DNA from: Minisyncoccia bacterium
Lineage (GTDB): Bacteria; Patescibacteriota; Minisyncoccia; Phycocordibacterales; UBA9973
Direction of reading: 5' to 3'
Assembly (NCBI GenBank): GCA_965662335.1
Contig: CBFIGQ010000022.1
Location: 1-58,686 of the forward strand
Length of the DNA: 58,686 nt
The notes beneath the pieces were generated by a model. That model was not told where the DNA came from. It made no database searches and saw only the letters and a program-made list of their open reading frames with translations. Position 1 is the stretch's first letter. Every line of letters starts with the position of its first letter. The position numbers and the translations under genes are program-made. This document shows, piece by piece, positions 42,845 through 50,682 of this stretch.

Positions 42845-43702
42845 CTATACAAAATAATTTCTCAGCGCTACACTATAGCGATGTCTTTGGAGTCGCTTAA
42901 TAGCGCGTTCTTTGATCTGGCGAATGCGTTCATTTGTCAGACCATATTTTTGCCCAATTTGATCAACCGTTTGTCCTTTTTCTTCATCTAATGAAAAATA
43001 AGCAGTAACTATTTCTAATTCACGAGGGTTCAATACTTTCAACAGGAGTTTAATACCTTCTTTTAGCGACGCGTCCATTAGTTGAGCGTCAGTTCTGAAT
43101 GTTCCAGGAAGTAGATCGCTCATAATAATATCTTCTGAATCGCGTACATTTACATCAAGAGAAGTATGACGAGTACTGCACTGTAAGATAGTGTTAATCT
43201 TCACCTCCTCTATTTCTAATAGTTCAGAAAGTTCTTCAATAGATGGCTCGCGTTCATGTTCTTGTTCAAAGGCAGTTTTGATCCGATCAACTTTTCCGTA
43301 GGTATTGACTTTATGCTGAGGGAGACGAACTAGTCTTCCTTGCTCAGCTAATGCTTTTAAGATGGATTGCCTGATCCACCATACTGCATATGAAATAAGT
43401 TTGAACTTTTTTGTTTCATCAAAACGCTGTATAGCGTCGATAAGGCCAATATTTCCTTCATTAATGAGATCTGCTAGGGAGAGCCCTTGATGTTGGTATT
43501 GTTTTGCAACAGATACCACAAAACGGAGATTTGCCTGCACTACTTGGTTGAGTGCTTCAATATCACCTTTCCTAATTAAGGGCATGAGTTCATCTATTTG
43601 TTCAGGCTCAAGTACTTTAATTCTTGATATCTCTTGGAGATATCTTTCAATTGATCGTGAATCACGGTTAGTAATTTGAGTAGTGATTTTGAGTTGTCTC
43701 AT
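42845..43702 (-). CDS. RpoD-like sigma-70 factor (compact, lacking region 1.1)
   Basis: YLQEISRIKVL, ANLRFVVSVAKQY, LINEGNIGLIDAIQRFD, YAVWWIRQSI, and region 4 ERIRQIKERAIKRL. Confidence 0.9.
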   Translation of the reverse strand: MRQLKITTQITNRDSRSIERYLQEISRIKVLEPEQIDELMPLIRKGDIEALNQVVQANLRFVVSVAKQYQHQGLSLADLINEGNIGLIDAIQRFDETKKFKLISYAVWWIRQSILKALAEQGRLVRLPQHKVNTYGKVDRIKTAFEQEHEREPSIEELSELLEIEEVKINTILQCSTRHTSLDVNVRDSEDIIMSDLLPGTFRTDAQLMDASLKEGIKLLLKVLNPRELEIVTAYFSLDEEKGQTVDQIGQKYGLTNERIRQIKERAIKRLQRHRYSVALRNYFV

Positions 43703-43799
43703 ACTATATGCGGTTGTTTAGTTACAAAATGATTTATTTGTATAATACAGTACTATAAAAAATAGTCAATAGTTTCTAGAATTATAGTAAAAAGGAATA

Positions 43800-43828
43800 T
43801 TGACATTTTAAATAAATAATGCTAGAAT
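43800..43828 (+). promoter_or_regulatory. Sigma-70-type promoter
   Basis: TTGACA - 17 nt - TAGAAT, upstream of the 43862 ORF. Confidence 0.6.
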
Positions 43829-43861
43829 AAACCAAGAGTTAAAAACCTTAAAACTACATAT

Positions 43862-44002
43862 ATGAAAAAGATTATTAGATTTCTTTTAATAGTTATTTTA
43901 ATAGTATTGGCGATATATATTGTTTCCCATACTATTGGAAAACTTATGCCTTGGTTACAGGAAGGAATGGAGGCATATTCTATTGAAGGGGTTCAAAAAT
44001 AA
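43862..44002 (+). CDS. Small single-TM protein (46 aa)
   Basis: MKKIIRFLLIVILIVLAIYIV... Not in the ORF track because it is shorter than 60 aa. It has its own promoter and terminator. Confidence 0.5.
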   Translation: MKKIIRFLLIVILIVLAIYIVSHTIGKLMPWLQEGMEAYSIEGVQK

Positions 44003-44025
44003 TTAACCCTTCCTGATTACTAGTT

Positions 44026-44052
44026 CCGCCAGTTGTATAACTGGCGGTTTTT
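44026..44052. terminator. Terminator
   Basis: ccgccagttgtataactggcgg followed by TTTTT. Confidence 0.8.
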
Positions 44053-44479
44053 ATTTCTTGAGCTCCTCAAGTTCTTTTTGTAGCTGTTCCAATATGTTTT
44101 GTATAGCGCTTAAGGTTTGCTGTTCTTTTTTTTCAGTCTTTACATCCTGGTCACTATCTTCTTCGATGTCTTCGATATCTTCTTGGATTTCATCAATATC
44201 TTCTTGAATTTCTTCAACATCCTCAGCAATTTCTTCAATATCAGCAGTATTTTTATTTACTGATATTTGTATAAAAATTGCAAGATATATTGCCTCAAGG
44301 GATACTACAGTCGTAAGTACAAGGAGTACTCTATCAAATGCAATACCGAGGAAGGGGAGAATGAAGCAGATAGCAAAGAATATCGTATGCACTACAAGTG
44401 ATGCAATAGAACCAATCCATTTAGTTGCACGATCTGCGCCTCGCTCAAGCACTACTTTTTGTTTTTTGTGGAGTGGCAT
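44051..44479 (-). CDS. DUF1003-like membrane protein with an acidic repeat tail
   Basis: RGADRATKWIGS plus two TM helices, then DIEEIAEDVEEIQEDIDEIQEDIEDIEEDSD. I chose the ATG at 44479. Confidence 0.5.
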   Translation of the reverse strand: MPLHKKQKVVLERGADRATKWIGSIASLVVHTIFFAICFILPFLGIAFDRVLLVLTTVVSLEAIYLAIFIQISVNKNTADIEEIAEDVEEIQEDIDEIQEDIEDIEEDSDQDVKTEKKEQQTLSAIQNILEQLQKELEELKK

Positions 44480-44552
44480 GGTGTATATGTTGTACCATAT
44501 GAAATGTATTGAACAAATAACCCCCTCTGATTGCCAGAGGGGGGGGGTGTGT

Positions 44553-44972
44553 TTATTGATATTTATAAAAAAGTTGATAGCAGTTTTCAAACTTTTCTTC
44601 TCCAGTACTTGAAGTACAACATATCTCAGTGTCTCCGTTTGGAAAAATTTTTAGGTAAGGAACATAGGCATCATCGAGTGTAACTCCAGCGCACATCAGG
44701 ATTAGAGGACGATTTTCAGTGAGAGTAGTTGCAGTTGCTCTGATATACTTAAACACACTTTCGTCTTTTAACAGAAAGACAGTAGTTTGAATATCAAGCG
44801 GTATGCTACTATATTTCTGCAGGGCTGATTTACACGGGACTACACAAAGATTAGCTGGTAATACCATTGATATCTTGTAAATATTTTGGTTAAACGATAC
44901 CTTAATACCCGAACCTATAAGTTGATCAATACGGGGTAGCTTTGTTCTGTTGATAAAGATTGCGTCAAACAT
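44553..44972 (-). CDS. Hypothetical protein
   Basis: 139-aa ATG ORF followed on the minus strand by the hairpin ccccctctg...cagaggggg plus a T-rich run. No motif recognised. Confidence 0.45.
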   Translation of the reverse strand: MFDAIFINRTKLPRIDQLIGSGIKVSFNQNIYKISMVLPANLCVVPCKSALQKYSSIPLDIQTTVFLLKDESVFKYIRATATTLTENRPLILMCAGVTLDDAYVPYLKIFPNGDTEICCTSSTGEEKFENCYQLFYKYQ

Positions 44973-45039
44973 TGAATTTAGTTTAATGGTGATTTTTTTC
45001 TATTATAACATTTTGATTATAAAAGTCAATTAATTTACC

Positions 45040-45068
45040 TTGCATTATTTGATTCATTCTGCTATAGT
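45040..45068 (+). promoter_or_regulatory. Sigma-70-type promoter of rpmG
   Basis: TTGCAT - 17 nt - TATAGT, 9 nt before the rpmG ATG. Confidence 0.6.
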
Positions 45069-45077
45069 TTTGCCACT

Positions 45078-45236
45078 ATGCCACAGGATAATGTTATTAA
45101 GCTTGTGAATAAAGAGACTGGGGAAACCTATTGGTCAGCAAAGAACCGCAAAAAGCATGCGGGTATTAAACTCGAGTTCAAAAAGTACTCAAAGAAGCTC
45201 CGCAAGGTGCTCACTTTCAAGGAATCAAAGAAATAA
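45078..45236 (+). CDS. rpmG: 50S ribosomal protein L33 (Cys-less type)
   Basis: 52 aa, not in the ORF track. IKLVNKETGETYWSAKNRKKHAGIKLEFKKYSKKLRKVLTFKESK matches the L33 pattern (...KLELKKY....RKH..HKE.K). Confidence 0.8.
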   Translation: MPQDNVIKLVNKETGETYWSAKNRKKHAGIKLEFKKYSKKLRKVLTFKESKK

Positions 45237-45288
45237 GAAAAGTAGCCCATGAGGGGCTATTTTGCTATAGTATGGAAGTTAAAAATTT

Positions 45289-45359
45289 GGGCGATTAGTT
45301 TAGTGGTAGAACAGCGGTCTCCAAAACCGCTGGTGTGGGTTCGATTCCTACATCGCCCG
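45289..45359 (+). tRNA. tRNA-Trp (anticodon CCA)
   Basis: Acceptor GGGCGAT/ATCGCCC; anticodon arm GCGGT-CTCCAAA-ACCGC; T-loop TTCGATT. Confidence 0.9.
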
Positions 45360-45415
45360 CACTAAGAACCTGTTATCGGCATGACCCACATGCCTTAAAA
45401 GGTTATAATCACTTT

Positions 45416-45847
45416 ATGAACCAAAGTTCGCAAAATATTCCGAATAAAATTCTTATAATCGGTAACATCAGGAAGGGTGATTCTATTTTGATGCGTAAGA
45501 AATTCGCAGGCTCTAAACCCTATGTCGAAACCTGGTATTCTTTCGGTGCAGAATTTATTTCTGGTGAAGACCCTCTGGAAACCTTTAAGAATTTCATAAA
45601 GGGCTTTGTAGGGATTGATATTTCTCCAATCAGGCATTTGTCTTGGGATACAGAAACCAAAGAAGATCATGATGGGATTCTCAAGCAATTCGTATATCTA
45701 GATGCGGAATTCAAGTATCTATCTGGAGACTTGATTGTACCGGAAGGTCTGGAAAAGGTTGAGTGGATTCCTCTTGAAAATCTTTCGCAATTGGATATCG
45801 TCCCTCCTTCTGTAGTCCTGTTTAAAAAGCTTGGATATCTGAAATAG
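45416..45847 (+). CDS. Hypothetical protein, possibly a degenerate Nudix fold
   Basis: I chose the ATG at 45416 because the longer ORF runs through tRNA-Trp. GAEFISGEDPLETFKNFIKGFVGI is only loosely like a Nudix box. Confidence 0.35.
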   Translation: MNQSSQNIPNKILIIGNIRKGDSILMRKKFAGSKPYVETWYSFGAEFISGEDPLETFKNFIKGFVGIDISPIRHLSWDTETKEDHDGILKQFVYLDAEFKYLSGDLIVPEGLEKVEWIPLENLSQLDIVPPSVVLFKKLGYLK

Positions 45848-45957
45848 GATTAGCGACCCACAAACCTCATTTCGGCTCTCAAAATTCCGCTAAAATACCC
45901 TTACAGGGTCTCGTCACCCTGGTACTGAACCCACACACACCGCCAAATTTGTTCGTT

Positions 45958-46254
45958 ATGGAAACTGAAATATGTATTGCGTATCAGTACAAGTTAATAC
46001 GGGTGTGGAATGGGTTGTGTGAATTATTATGTAAAAAACCTCGATCAGTAACAAAAGTATGTAGGTTTATACTCGAAATTAAAAACCAGCCTGATCGTGA
46101 GATATCAAATATCGTGTGCATTTTTTTAGAGAAAAACTACGATGATATACCACATGAGATAGCAATTCTTCTTTGCGACGCGTTATTACCACCCGTTGAT
46201 GATGAAAGTACTGTTGTTGGGGATTATTTTTTAAAGAGAAAAAGAGTCAGATGA
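45958..46254 (+). CDS. Hypothetical Cys-rich small protein
   Basis: 98-aa ATG ORF, AT-rich. No motif recognised. Confidence 0.35.
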   Translation: METEICIAYQYKLIRVWNGLCELLCKKPRSVTKVCRFILEIKNQPDREISNIVCIFLEKNYDDIPHEIAILLCDALLPPVDDESTVVGDYFLKRKRVR

Positions 46255-46266
46255 CTCTTTTTTTTA
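46240..46266. terminator. Bidirectional terminator
   Basis: aaaagagtcagatgactctttttttt. Confidence 0.8.
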
Positions 46267-47091
46267 TTTCGCATATTTCTTAAACCATGTACGCTGCCGC
46301 TTTGCATAATGCCATATTGCAGACTCAAGTTGTGCGAGCATCTCGTCTTTAGAAATTTTGTTTTGGAGGTAGAGCGCAAGGTACCGGTACTCAAGTCCGA
46401 GTGATTCAAGTTTTTTCCAAGAAACTCCCGCCTGGTGTAGTCTTCGCACTTCTGCGAGCATTCCAAGGCGCATGCGTTTATGGAGGCGATCATGAATTCG
46501 TTTCTTCAGTACATCATCAGGGAAGTCGAGATAGTACCACTGGATTTCATACTTTTTAACCCGCATTGTTTTGGGTACAGAGCCGAGGGAGGTTGCGATC
46601 TCTATCGCTCGGACTAGTCTCACCTTGTTTTTACTATCGATACTCTCAAACCGATCAGGATCTAATTTCTGCAATTTGCTTGCTAACTGTGCTACTGAAA
46701 GTTTTTCAAGCTGTTTACGGAGCTTTGTATTCGGTTTTACTAGTGGCAGACTTTGATCATACACAACTGCATCAATGTAGAATCCAGTGCCGCCACATAT
46801 GATTGGTACCTTTCCTCTTTTTAGAATAGTCTTGATCGCCTTATCTGCAAGCTTTTGAAATTGCGCAACAGAAAACACTCTCTTAGGGTTCGCGACATCA
46901 AGGAGGTAATGGGGGACACCCTTCATTTCTCGGTTGGTGATTTTGCCCGAGCCAATATCGAGACCTTTGTAGACCTGTCTTGAATCAGCACTGATGATTT
47001 CACCGCCCACTTTCTTTGCCAGTTCAACCGCAAAGTCACTTTTGCCGGTTGTGGTAGGGCCGCAGACTACGATTACTTTTTGCATATGCAT
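46264..47091 (-). CDS. miaA: tRNA dimethylallyltransferase
   Basis: VVCGPTTTGKSDFAVELA P-loop, ISADSRQVYKGLDIGSGK, and HYLLDV. I chose the ATG at 47091, 4 nt from the tRNA-Leu 3' end. Confidence 0.9.
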   Translation of the reverse strand: MHMQKVIVVCGPTTTGKSDFAVELAKKVGGEIISADSRQVYKGLDIGSGKITNREMKGVPHYLLDVANPKRVFSVAQFQKLADKAIKTILKRGKVPIICGGTGFYIDAVVYDQSLPLVKPNTKLRKQLEKLSVAQLASKLQKLDPDRFESIDSKNKVRLVRAIEIATSLGSVPKTMRVKKYEIQWYYLDFPDDVLKKRIHDRLHKRMRLGMLAEVRRLHQAGVSWKKLESLGLEYRYLALYLQNKISKDEMLAQLESAIWHYAKRQRTWFKKYAK

Positions 47092-47095
47092 AGAG

Positions 47096-47177
47096 TGCCC
47101 GAAGGGAGACTTGAACTCCCACACATTGCTGCATACGCACCTGAAGCGTACGTGTCTACCAATTCCACCATTCGGGC
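47096..47177 (-). tRNA. tRNA-Leu (anticodon CAG)
   Basis: Class II tRNA. Anticodon arm TACGC-TTCAGGT-GCGTA; acceptor GCCCGAA/TTCGGGC. Confidence 0.92.
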
Positions 47178-47190
47178 ATATTTTTCTGTG

Positions 47191-47273
47191 TGCCGGAAGA
47201 GAGACTTGAACTCTCAAGGGATTGCTCCCGGTCGATTTTGAGTCGACTGCGTCTACCATTCCGCCATTCCGGC
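47191..47273 (-). tRNA. tRNA-Leu (anticodon CAA)
   Basis: Class II tRNA. Anticodon arm GTCGA-CTCAAAA-TCGAC; acceptor GCCGGAA/TTCCGGC. Confidence 0.92.
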
Positions 47274-47330
47274 AATAGCCTTATAATACAGTGCTTTTTT
47301 TGGAATGCAAGAAGAGAAGTAAGGAAATGC

Positions 47331-47359
47331 TTGACATATTTAATATATAATGCTATTAT
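47331..47359 (+). promoter_or_regulatory. Sigma-70-type promoter driving the ORF-poor unit upstream of parB
   Basis: TTGACA - 17 nt - TATTAT, preceded by TGC. Confidence 0.6.
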
Positions 47360-47365
47360 GTAATA

Positions 47366-47650
47366 GTAATATTCTTTTAAAAAATAAACCAAAAAAATGA
47401 TGAAGCGTTCATCCACGTTCCGACGGCGACTCATGCCTGTAGCGCATAGCGCAAAAAATGAGATATGTATGATAGCAATTTCACCGGCCGGCCGGATCAA
47501 CCTGGGCCAGCAGTAACTGGCAGGCATCCCGGTACAAAAACGACTGATATGAAGCCAATTCGTCCACCGATTGTATAAAAAACATTCGAACAAAAATTTT
47601 CGCGGAAGGACCGCACAACCCCACATTTCAATGTGGGGTTCGTTTTTTTT
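47366..47650 (+). ncRNA. Candidate ~285-nt non-coding RNA, or a long cis-regulatory leader of parB
   Basis: The unit is bounded by the promoter above and by the strong terminator aaccccacat-ttca-atgtggggtt plus T8 (47617-47650). The only ATG ORFs are 9 and 25 codons. It contains the GC-rich extended hairpin ccgg..cctgggccag-cagtaa-ctggcagg..cccgg. Confidence 0.4.
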
Positions 47651-47680
47651 CTTAGTATTTTTCCATGCTATGATGTAGTC

Positions 47681-48634
47681 ATGTCAGAGACAATTTCCAA
47701 CTCCATTTTCTTTATTGATGTAGATCGCATAGCGCCAAATCCGTACCAGACACGCAAGGAGTTTGAAGAAGGACCGCTCCGTGATCTCTCAGAATCTATC
47801 CGTCAGTATGGCGTGCTCCAGCCGCTCGTTGTTTCTCGCATCGAAACACAAACACCTGACGGAGGGCTTGTGACTACTTATGAGCTGATCGCAGGTGAAC
47901 GCCGCCTGCGCGCAAGTAAACTCGCTGGACTCTCACAGGTGCCTGCGCTTATTCGTACTGGAGATGATGCGCTCATGAAGCTTGAGCTTGCGATCATCGA
48001 GAACCTGCAGCGTGAGGATATCAATGCTGTTGAGCGCGCGCGAGCATTTCAGAGGCTCATGGAGGAGTTTAAACTTACTCACACACAGATTGGACAAAAG
48101 GTCGGCAAAAGCCGCGAGTTTGTTGCAAACACGATCCGCATCCTCATGCTTCCTGAGGATATACTCAATGCTCTATCTGCGGGGCACATAAATGAGGGGC
48201 ACACGCGGCCGCTCATGATGCTCAAAGACAGACCCGAGGAGCAGGCGACACTTTTTAAAGAAATTACTATCCGTAAAATATCCGTACGCGAAGCAGAGCG
48301 TATTGCGCGGCGTATCGCAGTAGACAAGGTGCGAAAAAAGGAACTCATCCCGAGCGGAGAGCTCAAAGAACTTGAACAAAAACTCCAAGAAACACTCGGG
48401 ACTCGCGTACACATCGAGCCGCGCGAGCAGGGAGGAAAGATAACGATTGATTATTTTTCGCCAGAAGACCTCGACACTATCATGCAGGTGATTGAGAGCA
48501 AGCAGCAGCAGGTACCAGAAACAGTAGGTGACGAGCACCCCGTCCAGGACCTTGATGACAGAGACAAAGAAGAAATAGCAAAGAGTGAAGAAGACATCGA
48601 AGACCTCTACAACATCAAAAACTTTAGTCTTTAA
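47681..48634 (+). CDS. parB: ParB/Spo0J partition protein
   Basis: NPYQTRKEF, GVLQPLVV, ELIAGERRLRASKLAG, and an HTH segment. I chose the ATG at 47681. Confidence 0.9.
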   Translation: MSETISNSIFFIDVDRIAPNPYQTRKEFEEGPLRDLSESIRQYGVLQPLVVSRIETQTPDGGLVTTYELIAGERRLRASKLAGLSQVPALIRTGDDALMKLELAIIENLQREDINAVERARAFQRLMEEFKLTHTQIGQKVGKSREFVANTIRILMLPEDILNALSAGHINEGHTRPLMMLKDRPEEQATLFKEITIRKISVREAERIARRIAVDKVRKKELIPSGELKELEQKLQETLGTRVHIEPREQGGKITIDYFSPEDLDTIMQVIESKQQQVPETVGDEHPVQDLDDRDKEEIAKSEEDIEDLYNIKNFSL

Positions 48635-50084
48635 TCAAAAACTTTTGAATGAGTCCGCCGCGTTCTTCGATGTAGTGGCGGATTTTCTTTCGTGCAAATG
48701 AAGTCTTTGCATAGTCAAGCCATTTATTTGATGGCTTTGCAGTCTTTGAGGTGATGATTTCTACCACATCACCGTTTGCAAGCTTTGCATGCAGTGGTGC
48801 CATTTTCCCATTGATGCGCGCTGAGCCGCATGACTCGCCAATATCTGAGTGGATTGCATATGCAAAGTCGACTGGGCATGCACCCTCAGGTAGATCAATA
48901 ACATCTCCCTTTGGAGAAAAGACGAAAATACGGTCAGTAAAGAAATCCATGCGCAGCTGCTCGATAAAACGGCTTGGATTTTTTACTACCGTGTGGAGTT
49001 CTTTGAGCTCATCGAGCCAAGCGAGTTTTTTATTGGGCAGGGGCCCTTTGCCAGTTGTGGTTTCTTTGTACATGAAGTGTGATGCAATACCGAGCTCTGC
49101 TTCTTTGTGCATTTGTGTCGTGCGAATTTGTATTTCAACGATGCCGTCATCAGTGATCACAGTAGTATGGAGGGACTGGTAGCCGTTGGATTTGGGGAGG
49201 GCAATGTAGTCTTTGATACGCTTTGGAATAGGCTTCCACAACATATGGATAAGCCCGAGGATTTGGTAGCAATTCGCAACACTGTCAGTGAGCACACGAA
49301 GCGCAACAATGTCATACACTTGTTCTGCGTTCATATTGTATTTGACCAATTTTTTGTACGTACTATAGGTGCGCTTGATGCGTGAATCTACTGTAGAAGT
49401 ATCGAGATGAAATTCTTTGAGTGTTTTCTCAACGACGCCGTGTACTGACGTGATCACCTTCTGTGCTTCAGGAACAATGGAGTCCATGATCTTTTTTGTA
49501 GCGTCGTATTCTTTGGGGTATGCATAGGGGAAGGCTAGGTCTTCGAGTTCTCCTTTGAGCTTCTCCATACCCATGCGGCCAGCAAGGGAAGCGTGTACTT
49601 CTATGGTTTCGAGCGCGATGCGTTTCTGCTTGTCAGGACGTACATGTTCAAGGGTTGAGACATTATGCAAGCGGTCGGCGAGCTTGATGATGAGTACGCG
49701 TATGTCTTCTGCCATCGCAACAAAAAATTTGCGCATACTCTCGACATGCCGCTCCTGTCCACGGTACTTTACCTTGCCGAGCTTGGTGACACCTTTTACG
49801 AGAAATAAAATATTAGGTCCAAATTCTGTTTCGATTTCACGTTCACTTGTATCAGTATCTTCAAGTACATCATGGAGTAGGGCTCCAACGATGGTTTCAA
49901 CGTCCATGCCAAGTCTCGCACAGTTTTGCGCTACTGCGAGCGCATGGGTCATATATGCTTCACCGCTATTTCGTATTTGACCTGTGTGTTTGTGTTCAGA
50001 GTATATATACGCCTTTTCAATCAGTGCGCGGTCGTCGGCAGAAAGCTCGTATTGGATGAGAGGTAAGAGGGTTTCCATATACAT
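48624..50084 (-). CDS. RelA/SpoT homologue (HD hydrolase, synthetase and TGS domains; no ACT domain)
   Basis: HDVLEDT HD motif, YQSLHTTV synthetase motif, and TGS FSPKGDVIDLPEGACPVDFAYAIHSDIG. Confidence 0.9.
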   Translation of the reverse strand: MYMETLLPLIQYELSADDRALIEKAYIYSEHKHTGQIRNSGEAYMTHALAVAQNCARLGMDVETIVGALLHDVLEDTDTSEREIETEFGPNILFLVKGVTKLGKVKYRGQERHVESMRKFFVAMAEDIRVLIIKLADRLHNVSTLEHVRPDKQKRIALETIEVHASLAGRMGMEKLKGELEDLAFPYAYPKEYDATKKIMDSIVPEAQKVITSVHGVVEKTLKEFHLDTSTVDSRIKRTYSTYKKLVKYNMNAEQVYDIVALRVLTDSVANCYQILGLIHMLWKPIPKRIKDYIALPKSNGYQSLHTTVITDDGIVEIQIRTTQMHKEAELGIASHFMYKETTTGKGPLPNKKLAWLDELKELHTVVKNPSRFIEQLRMDFFTDRIFVFSPKGDVIDLPEGACPVDFAYAIHSDIGESCGSARINGKMAPLHAKLANGDVVEIITSKTAKPSNKWLDYAKTSFARKKIRHYIEERGGLIQKFLIKD

Positions 50085-50106
50085 ACTATGCCACAGCTCG
50101 TGTATA

Positions 50107-50135
50107 TTGACAAATATATAAAAACGATATATAGT
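50107..50135 (+). promoter_or_regulatory. Sigma-70-type promoter
   Basis: TTGACA - 17 nt - TATAGT, upstream of the 50162 ORF. Confidence 0.65.
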
Positions 50136-50161
50136 TCAAAAAATTTAAAATAGAAAAAATA

Positions 50162-50644
50162 ATGAAAAAAATCGTAATGGTTTTGCTCATGTGCGGATTC
50201 ATTATTTCCGCATGGGCGCAGCAGTATGGAGATCCGGCAGTTGGTGATTACTATTCTAACAGCCGGTATTATAATCCACCGCGAAATATGTCCCGGTATT
50301 ATTATGAAGCTCGTTTTGGTGGTTCGGGAATTCCGGTATCGCTTGCTCCGGTAAATCTCAGATATGACGATTATTACACAAACAACGGCCGCATATTTAC
50401 GCAGGATATGTTGTATGACAACTCGCTGCCATATTATGATGATTATGACCAGCAGTTTTACAGCATGGCTACGCGCCGAGCTATTCCGCAGTATGCGCAG
50501 TATCCTCAATGGAGTGGCTACGGGTACCCGTATGGCTATAGCGGAGGGCAAGGTTTTATGCCGGGCGGATGTACCTACCCACCTCCGCGTCCTCAGTATC
50601 CGACGTGTGGTCGTGGACGAATGAGAATTGTGCAGTACCGGTAA
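50162..50644 (+). CDS. Secreted Tyr/Pro/Gly-rich low-complexity protein
   Basis: Signal peptide MKKIVMVLLMCGFIISAWA/QQ. The mature part is dominated by YY, YP and GY motifs (SGYGYPYGYSGGQGF, TYPPPRPQYP). Confidence 0.6.
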   Translation: MKKIVMVLLMCGFIISAWAQQYGDPAVGDYYSNSRYYNPPRNMSRYYYEARFGGSGIPVSLAPVNLRYDDYYTNNGRIFTQDMLYDNSLPYYDDYDQQFYSMATRRAIPQYAQYPQWSGYGYPYGYSGGQGFMPGGCTYPPPRPQYPTCGRGRMRIVQYR

Positions 50645-50656
50645 TTTGTTTTTATG

Positions 50657-50682
50657 AATGCGTCTACGGACGCATTTTTTTT
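50657..50682. terminator. Bidirectional terminator
   Basis: aatgcgtctacggacgcatt followed by TTTTTT. Confidence 0.8.

Noticed and set aside
47092-47626. The 56-aa N-terminal extension of the miaA ORF, and the 156-aa minus-strand ORF 47156-47626.
   Set aside because: Both run through tRNA-Leu(CAG) and tRNA-Leu(CAA); the GIGRHVRFRC...WEFKSP strings are translated tRNA. The MiaA P-loop begins right after the ATG at 47091.
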